Assembly: GCA_033764315.1 (NCBI GenBank)
Contig: JANRJA010000024.1
Coordinates: forward strand, 1-10,043
Origin: Oculatellaceae cyanobacterium bins.114
Lineage (GTDB): Bacteria > Cyanobacteriota > Cyanobacteriia > Elainellales > Elainellaceae
Direction: 5' to 3'
DNA: 10,043 bases
Within the stretch, counting starts at the first letter, position 1, and every line of letters begins with the position of its first letter. This document shows positions 1 to 8,200 of this stretch, piece by piece. The notes below the pieces were generated by a model. That model saw nothing but the letters and a program-made list of their open reading frames with translations. It searched no databases and had not been told where the DNA came from. The position numbers and the translations under genes were made by a program.

Positions 1-137
1 ACGAACTCATTCCTGGATGAACCGATTTCGTCGCTTATTGATTCGATGGGAGAAGAAACCAGAAAACTACTTAGCACTCATTCACCTAGCTTGTGCTTGC
101 ATTGCTATACGGGCTATTCGAGTTTTCGGATAGGCTC
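1..137 (+). mobile_element. Right end of an IS5-family insertion sequence
   Basis: The transposase stop lies inside a probable terminal inverted repeat TTTTCGGATAGGCTC (123-137; reverse complement GAGCCTATCCGAAAA), followed by TAA (138-140) as a plausible TA/TAA target. The left IR is outside the window, so the exact end is inferred. Confidence 0.75.
2..133 (+). CDS. IS5-family (IS427-like) transposase, C-terminal fragment running off the left edge
   Basis: Manual translation from base 2 gives RTHSWMNRFRRLLIRWEKKPENYLALIHLACACIAIRAIRVFG* (TAG 131-133). This matches the IS5-family C-terminal signature (V)ERTxSWxNRFRRLxxRWEK. Confidence 0.9.
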   Translation, partial: RTHSWMNRFRRLLIRWEKKPENYLALIHLACACIAIRAIRVFG

Positions 138-223
138 TAAGTAGACAGGAAAACTGAGTACTAAGCTTTTTGTAACAACATAAACGCAAGGTGCGGTAGA
201 TTTCAAGCTTCTTTAGCTTCCTT

Positions 224-253
224 TAAGAAAGACAAGCGTAAGAAAGACAAGCG
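224..253. repeat. Perfect 15-bp tandem duplication (TAAGAAAGACAAGCG x2)
   Basis: Identical copies at 224-238 and 239-253, read directly. Confidence 0.95.
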
Positions 254-434
254 GTGCAAATGAGAGTCGATCGCTCCTAGTCAAATGATAAGGATCTCCT
301 CCATCAAAATGTTATGGAAATCCTCTAGCAAAACAGCTAGGCAAGAATCTGGTTGATGGGTAGTCAACAGTTTCATGCGATTTCTTTAGAATGAGACCAT
401 CCAAAAAGAAAGATTCGTAACCATTGCCTGTAGT

Positions 435-983
435 ATGTGCCAACCCGATGGCTCGCTTCAGCCTCTCTTATCATTGCGCCACTGCGACCATGTTCGTGGT
501 TGTGCTATGGCTCAAGTCATGCTCATAGAATATGGCGATTTCCAGTGTCCTCAATCTGGGCAACTGTACTGGGTGTTCAAAAAACTGACTCAACAGTTTG
601 ACCAAAATCTGTGCTTTGTATTTCGCCATTTACCTCAAGTCGAACAACATCCTCGCGCCCAAATTGCCGCAGAAACCGCCGAAGCTGCCCATGCACAGGG
701 TAAATTTTGGGAGATGCATGACTTATTGTTTGAACATCAGAATGCACTTGAAGATGCAGATTTGCTGGAATACGCGATCGCACTCGATCTAGACGTTTCT
801 CAATTTCTCAAACAGCTAGCCGATCATGTTCATTTGGATGTTGTACAGAATAATATTGATAGTGCTAATGCTTCTGGCATAAACAGAACTCCAACAACTT
901 TGTTTGTGCTACAACCAAATGACACATTAAGCTTTAGTGAGATCATTTTGGAGGTGTCGAAAATTATCAATCAAATGCAATAG
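435..983 (+). CDS. DsbA-family / thioredoxin-fold protein with CxxS active site
   Basis: Motifs DHVRG, IEYGDFQCPQS (active-site region), VFRHLP, AAETAEAA..QGKFWEMHDLLF and cis-Pro loop GINRTPT. No evident signal peptide. Confidence 0.9.
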   Translation: MCQPDGSLQPLLSLRHCDHVRGCAMAQVMLIEYGDFQCPQSGQLYWVFKKLTQQFDQNLCFVFRHLPQVEQHPRAQIAAETAEAAHAQGKFWEMHDLLFEHQNALEDADLLEYAIALDLDVSQFLKQLADHVHLDVVQNNIDSANASGINRTPTTLFVLQPNDTLSFSEIILEVSKIINQMQ

Positions 984-1063
984 TTTTGCAACGCATATGT
1001 CATCATCCACTAGAAGAATGTTCCTCACCCTTGGCTCAAACAAGCTATCTCCAGCTATTTGGA

Positions 1064-2488
1064 CTATGCGTTCGAATAAATTTCGTGACTCTTTTTTGGT
1101 AGAAAGAAGGTGAATTCACTTCCGTTACCCAAAGAAGACTTTATTGTGATCTCTCCTCCATGTAATTGAGCTAAACGACGAGACAGATAAAGTCCTAACC
1201 CAGTACCATTAGCCTCTGACTTAAAGTTCTCATTTAGTTGTTGAAAAGGCTGAAATAAATTGGGGATCTTCTCAGAGGAGATTCCAATTCCTGTATCGCT
1301 GACAACGAATGAGACTCCTTGAGCTTGATGTTCAACTTGAAGCGTCACCGAGCCAATAGACGTAAACTTTACCGCATTTGAAAGAAGATTAATCAAAATT
1401 TGCTTAACTCGACGGGAATCTCCTAAGCAGTGATGAATTTCTGGTGCGATTTTATAACTTAGTGACAAACCCTTTTCTTGAGCTTGTTCCTGAATTAAGT
1501 TAAAACAGCTTCGACACAAATCAAAAACATTAATTTCAGATAGATCAAGTTCTGCTTGCTTTGCTTCTACTTTAGCCAAATCAAGAATATCGTTTACTAA
1601 GGCTAATAAGTGATTTCCGCTACTGCTAATGCATTCAATGTACTGGAGTTGCTTCTCATTGAGTTCACCATAATATTGTTGCTGTAATACATGGGAAAAT
1701 CCTAAGATCGCCGACAGAGGTGTTCGAAGCTCATGACTGGTTTCTGCTAAAAAGCAATTGAATTGGTTTTCTGAATTTTCTAATTCGTCATGTAAAGTAG
1801 TTTTCCCCTGAGGTGCTTGAGTTACCTCTTTCTTGCGCGATTGAATATGATGAATCGCTATTGCACACTGATTTACAACCATTTCTGCTAACAATAGTTC
1901 ATCGCTACTCCACTCTTGCGATCGTTCAGAGAAGACACCAATGACACCTAAAATCTCTTCTTGATAAACTAATGGAAATATAATTGCATCGTTAACTTGG
2001 TGAACTTTAAACCACTCGGCTAAGGGTTCAGGAAGTTGGTCACTATGAAATAGTGTTAATATAAGTAATTGTTCTTCGGTTAAATTTTTGAAATGGAGTT
2101 GATAAAAATCATTAAATGATGCATCTGTGACTTTGTTTTGAACATTTATTTCTTGACTTTTAAGGCTTGAATAAAAGTAGCCGTTAATGGATTGGAAGAG
2201 GATCGATTGATCTGCTCTTAATAGAATGCACAACCAATCTATAATGCTTTGTAATGTTTCATTGAAAGGGACATCACTCTGGATAGCTTGAGTAAGTTGG
2301 TTGGTGAAGCGAATACCCTGAACCCAATGGTCATTACTGACTGTAGGTTTTAAGGACATAATGCTATTGTAATTGTGAACAGATGACTGGCGATGGTGCG
2401 AGTGGTTTGAACTGCGAGTGGTTAATAATGTCTCTTGGCATCTAGATTGAAATTTTTGATATCGGAGGTGCATTTCTTGTGAATTCAT
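1064..2488 (-). CDS. GAF-domain sensor histidine kinase (HisKA + HATPase_c)
   Basis: H-box SHELRTPL, N-box QILINLLSNAVKFT, G1 DTGIGI, F-box LFQPF, G2 GTGLGL. The N-terminal region is GAF-like (LLRADQSIL...IIFPLVYQEEILGVI...WSSDELLLAEMVVNQCAIAI). No receiver domain or TM helix. Start codon uncertain. Confidence 0.93.
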   Translation of the reverse strand: MNSQEMHLRYQKFQSRCQETLLTTRSSNHSHHRQSSVHNYNSIMSLKPTVSNDHWVQGIRFTNQLTQAIQSDVPFNETLQSIIDWLCILLRADQSILFQSINGYFYSSLKSQEINVQNKVTDASFNDFYQLHFKNLTEEQLLILTLFHSDQLPEPLAEWFKVHQVNDAIIFPLVYQEEILGVIGVFSERSQEWSSDELLLAEMVVNQCAIAIHHIQSRKKEVTQAPQGKTTLHDELENSENQFNCFLAETSHELRTPLSAILGFSHVLQQQYYGELNEKQLQYIECISSSGNHLLALVNDILDLAKVEAKQAELDLSEINVFDLCRSCFNLIQEQAQEKGLSLSYKIAPEIHHCLGDSRRVKQILINLLSNAVKFTSIGSVTLQVEHQAQGVSFVVSDTGIGISSEKIPNLFQPFQQLNENFKSEANGTGLGLYLSRRLAQLHGGEITIKSSLGNGSEFTFFLPKKSHEIYSNA

Positions 2489-2537
2489 AAAACAGATGCT
2501 CAGGGTAAGGGGACTGATAACAAGATTTTAGAACTGA

Positions 2538-3365
2538 CTACAGATGGGCAGAAATTACTGAGGTATCCTGGGTTGATTGATTTAATAAATTCTCAATCTC
2601 GTGGGTTGTGAGAGGCTTTGATACAAAACCTCCTTGGACATAAGGGCACCTAAGCAATGACAATCGTTTAAGATGCTCTTTGGTTTCTACTCCATCGGCG
2701 ATCGCTCGCATTGACAATGTTTCAGCCAACTCAGTCACTAGCCTGGAAAACCATAGATTGTCGAAGTTCTCTGGATTCTTGAGTCGTTCAACAAATGAGC
2801 GATCTAACTTTAAGTTTTGGCATTGGAAATTCTTTAGATGCTTGAGAGACGAATAACCAGTACCAAAGTGATCGACAGTCACTTGAATCTTTTTTTGATG
2901 TAATTTCTCCAAAACTGAAATACTATGAATAAAATTTTTTAATAGGGTGCTTTCGTTAATTTCCAATACTAAACATTGAGTATTCATGCTGGTTGCCTCT
3001 AGTGCTTGTTCAATTTTTTCAACCAGATCAGGCTGAAGAAATTGATGATCCGAAAGATTAATGCCAATCATTAGGGAATTATGGGAAGGATAAGTTTTAT
3101 GCCATACGTACAACTGCCGACATGCCTCTTGGAGCATCCAATCCTCTAACATTGCTGTTTCTTCTACACTCATGCAGTTTAAGTCGAAACTTGGAGTTTG
3201 CATTAACGTTATCTCCAGGTAATAACTTGAGGTGAGAATGGTTTTTGGTTGAACGATGTGAGGAGCGAAAAGAGGAACGATCGGTCGATAGGTAAGAAAA
3301 ATCTCTCCACGTTCAACCGTCTGTTGAATATCATGAAATGAAGTAGGAGCAGTCATTGTCGCCAT
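2538..3365 (-). CDS. Stand-alone EAL-domain protein, degenerate (probably lacking c-di-GMP phosphodiesterase activity)
   Basis: EAL-fold motifs FLTYRPIV, INLS, LEINES, DHFGTGYSSL, LKLDRSFV, ADGVET and QGGFVSKP are present, with several catalytic positions substituted. Lies 49 bp upstream of the kinase on the same strand. Confidence 0.88.
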   Translation of the reverse strand: MATMTAPTSFHDIQQTVERGEIFLTYRPIVPLFAPHIVQPKTILTSSYYLEITLMQTPSFDLNCMSVEETAMLEDWMLQEACRQLYVWHKTYPSHNSLMIGINLSDHQFLQPDLVEKIEQALEATSMNTQCLVLEINESTLLKNFIHSISVLEKLHQKKIQVTVDHFGTGYSSLKHLKNFQCQNLKLDRSFVERLKNPENFDNLWFSRLVTELAETLSMRAIADGVETKEHLKRLSLLRCPYVQGGFVSKPLTTHEIENLLNQSTQDTSVISAHL

Positions 3366-3466
3366 TGTCTTAACCGTTAGGTAACTTTTATTGCTGTGTC
3401 AAGTTCGTCAAAGAAAGATTCTCTTGGAAGTGGGTTGAAAAGTGAGTATGCCTCGAAAAACTAGGC

Positions 3467-3545
3467 GATCCCCTTTCGGCTTTTTATGGAGAAAAGGAGA
3501 ACTGAACTTAAAGTCCCTTTTCTCAGTGGAAGTTTAGGTGAATCT
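3467..3545. repeat. Degenerate copy of a cyanobacterial short palindromic dispersed repeat
   Basis: GATCCCC...GAGAAAAGGAGAACTGAACTTAAAGTCCCTTTTCTC...TTTAGGTGAATCT with a 9-bp stem (3489-3497 / 3516-3524). Resembles, from memory, the ATCCCCC..AAGGGGG..AAAGTCCCCCTT..TTTAGGGGGATCT intergenic repeats of filamentous cyanobacteria. Confidence 0.5.
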
Positions 3546-3650
3546 ATATTTTTCACTAATAGCGATAGAATTTTCATCTGCTGCTCTAGAACTAACGGGC
3601 TTACAAGGCTGAACTGAGCCATTAACGTTAAATCCTCTGTTTCTAACCAA

Positions 3651-3709
3651 AGTTTAGTAACTTGAGGTGTTAATCGTCTGTGATAAAAAAGAGTTTAAAG
3701 AAGTCTGAA
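3651..3709 (-). promoter_or_regulatory. Putative promoter/operator region for the EAL-kinase operon
   Basis: On the minus strand, TTCAGACTTCTTTAAACTCTTTT (3709-3687) is followed 30 nt later by a -10-like TAAACT (3656-3651). The motif is 17/23 identical to 202-224 upstream of the DsbA-like gene. Confidence 0.3.
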
Positions 3710-3806
3710 TTTGAGCACTCATCTGGTTATAAGCTCTTATGCTTAATCATAAGCCCATGTTATTGAAGATTAAAGAGTTATAAATTGTCACAATTTGTTG
3801 AGATCG

Positions 3807-5198
3807 ATGCAACCAGCAGTAACAGTTGAAGAAGGACTATGGCTTGTGGAGACGGCGATTCAACCCGATCGCTTAAGTGATTTGCAGGAATTGATCTTTC
3901 GGCAGTGTTGGGCGGGCTTGACCTATCAACAGATCGCCGAAGAAGCAGGATACGATCCAGATTACGTGCGGGTTACTGGTTCTCGACTCTGGCAATCTCT
4001 TTCGATCGCGTGTGGTGAGAAAATTACAAAAAATAACCTTCAAGTTACTTTGCGCCGATATAAGCAACAGCATGACCACTTAAGCGATGCGAAGATACTC
4101 CCACCTAATAACCATCATTCTTCTCAGCTACAAAAACTTCCATCTTTATCATCCGAGTTCAATTTCAATTCATTTCATCTAGAATCACTTGAAGGACCTG
4201 TGCCAATTGAGTCTCCGTTTTATGTCGAGCGTCCCTTTACTGACGAGTATGTTCATGCTGAAATTTCTAAACCAGGAGCATTAGTGCGAATTAAAGCCCC
4301 AAAACAGTACGGTAAAACCTCCCTACTCATTCGAGCTTTAGCAAAAGCGGGGCAACTGGGGTGCAAAACAGCACGACTCAACTTTCACCATGCCGATAGT
4401 TCGACACTTAACAGCTTGAATAGCTTACTGCGTTGGTTTTGCGCCAATCTCACCCACCAGCTTGGGCTAGAACTGAGGTTGGATGACTATTGGGATGAAG
4501 ATTTGGGTAGTAAAGTGAGTTGTACGACTTATTTACAAGGCTATCTATTGGAGCAGTTGCAATGCCCGCTTGTTTTAGCACTGGATGAAGTCAATGTGAT
4601 CTTTGAATATCCTACTGTTGCTCAAGATTTTTTGCCCTTGTTGCGCTTTTGGCATGAGGAGGCGAACAATTTAGCAGTTTGGGGGCACTTACGTATGGTG
4701 GTATCCCACTCGACGGAGGTTTATGTTCCTTTGAACTTGAACCAGTCGCCATTTAATGTAGGCTTGCCAATTAAGCTAAAACCTTTTAGCCTTAGCCAAA
4801 TTCAAGATTTGGCCCAACGCCATCAAATAGGTGAGAGCCTGACAGAAACCACTTTTCTGAATGCGCTCCACCAACTCACCAATGGGCATCCCTATTTAAT
4901 CCGCCTTGCCCTACACACGTTGGCGCAGGGAGAAATTGATGGAGAACTCTTGCTCCAGGATGCGTCAACCTCAGCGGGAATATATGCCAATCATTTGCAG
5001 GGGCATTTAGCGATGTTGCAACAGCATCCAGAGTTAGCCGCCGATTTTCAAGCTGTGATTCAAGCCGATCGACCGATTAGAATTGATACGATCGCAGCTT
5101 ATAAACTACAAAGTATGGGGTTGTTGCGTCTACAGGGAGATGAGGTCATCCCCAGTTGTGACCTGTATCGATTGTATTTTCAAAATCGTTTGAGTTAA
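3807..5198 (+). CDS. AAA_35-type P-loop NTPase with N-terminal HTH-like domain
   Basis: N-terminal LSDLQELIFRQCWAGLTYQQIAEEAGYDPDYVR..GSRLWQSLS..GEKITKNN is HTH-like and typical of cyanobacterial NB-ARC/AAA_35 proteins. Also GPVPIESPFYVER, Walker A APKQYGKTS, Walker B LVLALDEVN, QSPFNVG, LTNGHPYL and C-terminal CDLYRLYF. ATG at 3807 is preferred over the TTG at 3795. Confidence 0.88.
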   Translation: MQPAVTVEEGLWLVETAIQPDRLSDLQELIFRQCWAGLTYQQIAEEAGYDPDYVRVTGSRLWQSLSIACGEKITKNNLQVTLRRYKQQHDHLSDAKILPPNNHHSSQLQKLPSLSSEFNFNSFHLESLEGPVPIESPFYVERPFTDEYVHAEISKPGALVRIKAPKQYGKTSLLIRALAKAGQLGCKTARLNFHHADSSTLNSLNSLLRWFCANLTHQLGLELRLDDYWDEDLGSKVSCTTYLQGYLLEQLQCPLVLALDEVNVIFEYPTVAQDFLPLLRFWHEEANNLAVWGHLRMVVSHSTEVYVPLNLNQSPFNVGLPIKLKPFSLSQIQDLAQRHQIGESLTETTFLNALHQLTNGHPYLIRLALHTLAQGEIDGELLLQDASTSAGIYANHLQGHLAMLQQHPELAADFQAVIQADRPIRIDTIAAYKLQSMGLLRLQGDEVIPSCDLYRLYFQNRLS

Positions 5199-5218
5199 TC
5201 ATTGTCCTGGACACTTCT

Positions 5219-8200
5219 ATGCCTACTCTTTCTCATGCGGCTTATCACTATCAGGTGGGTGGAAGTTTAGGGTTGCAAGCTTTGACATACGTAGCACGAC
5301 AGGCAGACGAAGAACTTTATCAGGCTTTGTTAGCGAGAGAATTTTGCTATGTCTTCAACAGCCGTCAGATGGGAAAGTCGAGTTTGCGAGTGCGGGTAAA
5401 GCATCGACTTCAGCAGGCAGGTTGTTATTGTGCTTCGATCGACATGACCAGTATTGGCAGCGAAACGATTACCGCCGAGCAGTGGTATCGCGGCATTGCG
5501 GCTGAACTGTGGCGTAGCTTCGACCTGATGAGTAAAACGCCTTTCAAAACCTGTTGGCAAGAACAGGAAGGATTGTCTCCTGTACAGCGGTTAAGCGTAT
5601 TTCTCGAAGATGTGTTGTTGAAGTGGCTCTCCGATGCTCCTATCTTTATCTTTGTCGATGAAATTGATAGTGTCCTCAGCCTTAACTTTCCGGTCGATGA
5701 CTTTTTTGCTATGTTGCGGTTTTGTTATAACTACCGCGCTGACAATTCTGAATTTCATCGGTTGACCTTTGCTTTATTTGGAGTGGCAACACCATCAAAC
5801 TTAATCAGCGATCGCACTCGTACTCCATTTAACATCGGTCGAGCTATCAACTTGCATGGTATTCAACTGAGTGAAGCACAACCCTTATTACCGGGGTTGG
5901 CAGAATGGGTGCGTCATCCAGAGTTGACCTTGATGGAGATCTTGAGTTGGACAATGGGGCAACCCTTTCTCACTCAGAAACTTTGTCAACTTGTGGTGGA
6001 GCATTATCAACAAAATAGCTCGTCCCACCTACGTGTTAAATCGCCCACTCAAGAAGCAGCCATCATTGAATACGTTGTTCAGTCACAAATGATTACTTCA
6101 TGGGAAACGCAGGATGAACCGGAACATCTCAAAACAATTCGCGATCGCCTATTGCGGGATGAAACTAAAGCAAGTGTTTTGTTAGGGCTATATCAGCAGG
6201 TTTTGACTCATGGAAAATTGGCTGTAAACGCTAGTTGGGAGCAGGCAGATTTGCTTTTATCAGGGTTAGTTGTTAAACGAGATGGCTGTCTCACTGTGGG
6301 CAATCCCATTTATGCTCAGGTGTTTAACCAGACATGGATTGAACTTCAATTAGCAACGCTTCGCCCCTATGCTACCTTGCTTAACGTGTGGGTGCGCTCA
6401 GGTTGCCAAGATGAGTCTCGATTATTGCGAGGACAAGCTTTGCAAGATGCCCAAGTTTGGGCAAAGCATCATCGGTTGAGTGAACTAGATTATCGGTTTT
6501 TGGCAGCCAGCCAGCAGTTAGACCAAGTAGAGCGAGAAACCCGCCTTGAAGCCGATCGCCTGGGAGCGGTTGAAGCTCATCTTACGTTAGAACGCAGAAG
6601 TTCCAGGTATCAGCAAGTTTTGCTTTCCATCATCAGCGTAGCGTTGCTATTGGCAATTTCGTTTGGTTGGGTGGCGTTTGACAAAAACCGTAAATTAGCA
6701 GCGAGTGAACTTCAAGCAACTGTGACCACATCCGAAGCTCTGTTTGCTTCAAATCAACGACTCGATTCACTGGTCACAGCATTGCAGTCGTGGCACAAAC
6801 TTCAACGGTTTGGCAAGGTCGATGCTGTCACCGAATTTCGCATCGATCAAGCTCTGCGGCAATCGGTGTATCGGGGCATGGAGCAAAATCGCTTTTTAGG
6901 ACACGCGATCGTTCCCAGCGTTGCCTACAGTCCCGATGGCAGGCTACTTGTTTCCCCAAGTGAAGAAAACCAGGTTGCAATCTGGAAAGTCGATGGCACC
7001 CACGTAACTATCCTGAAAGGACACAAAGGTTGGGTGAGAGGGGTAGCGTTCAGCCCGGATGGACAAACGATCGCCTCTGCCAGTCTAGATAAAACGGTAA
7101 AACTTTGGCGAACAGATGGAACGTTGTTAAAAACCTTGAGTGGGCATCAGGAAGGCGTTTCTTCAGTGGCATTTAGCCCGGATGGACAGACAATCGCCTC
7201 TGCTAGCTACGATCGCACCATTAAACTCTGGCGACCCGATGGCGCACTGCTGCGGACATTCAATGAGCACGAGGCAGGCGTGCTATCGGTGGCATTCAGC
7301 CCAGATGGACAAATGCTCGTTTCCGCTAGCCTCGATCAAACCGTCAAACTCTGGCGGCTTGACGGCACCCTGCTACGCACCCTGAACGGACACACGAACG
7401 GCGTAGAGTCAGTAGCGTTTAGCCCCGATGGGCAGACGATCGCTTCTGCTGGGCGAGACCACACAGTGAGACTCTGGCGAGTGGATGGCACTCTGTTGGA
7501 AACTCTGGAAGGACACAACGATTGGATTCACGCGATCGCCTTTAGCCCAGACGGAAAAACCATTGCCTCTGCCAGTCGAGACCAAACCATTCGCTTATGG
7601 CGATCCGATGGTGCCTTCTTACAGACCATCGAAGGGCATCGGGGTCAAATTTTTGGGGTGACATTTAGCCCAGACGGTCAAGCGATCGCCTCTGCCAGTC
7701 GAGATGGTACAGTGCGGCTGTGGAAGTTGGAAGAACCCTGGCTCAAGGTGTTATCGGGACACGGAACGGCAGTTGTAGCAGTGGATATCAGTGCTGATGG
7801 AGAAAAAATTGCTTCCGTCAGCGAAGACAATAGCATCAAACTATGGGATAAAACTGGCGAACTGCTCCATACCATTCGAGATGAGGTTGGACTGGCGATC
7901 GCCATTGCTTTTAACCCAGATGGATCGAGAGTGGTCACGGCTGGAGTAGACGGTGCGGTACGAGTTTGGAGTACGAAGGGCGCACTGCTGCAAACACTCA
8001 AAGGGCACGAAGCAGAAGTGTGGGGAGTTGCCTTTAGTCCGGATGGACAAACGATCGCCTCCACTGGGCGCGATAAAACGGTGCGACTCTGGAACCTGGA
8101 TGGAACGTTGCGAAAAACGCTATATGGGCATGAGGGAATTGTGTGGCCCGTCACCTTTAGTCCCGATGGAACCATGCTGGCAACGGGCAGTTGGGATCAA

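Noticed and set aside
984..1063. Intrinsic terminator between the convergent DsbA-like and kinase genes
   Set aside because: Only 4-5 bp pairings were found; there is no convincing stem with a U-tract.
1850..2320. Cyanobacteriochrome or phytochrome photosensor GAF
   Set aside because: No CH or DxCF/DIP chromophore-binding motif is visible.
3736..3753. CTTATG-N6-CATAAG inverted repeat upstream of the HTH-AAA_35 gene
   Set aside because: The 6-bp AT-rich arms are too short to distinguish from chance without comparative data.
3366..3794. c-di-GMP riboswitch or NtcA box upstream of the EAL gene
   Set aside because: No GEMM-like consensus was recognised by eye, and the nearest NtcA-like site (GTA-N8-TGC at 3381-3394) is imperfect.
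577..5560. Short ORFs 577-783, 598-792, 3873-4079 and 5330-5560
   Set aside because: Each is nested in a well-supported gene and has no recognisable motif.
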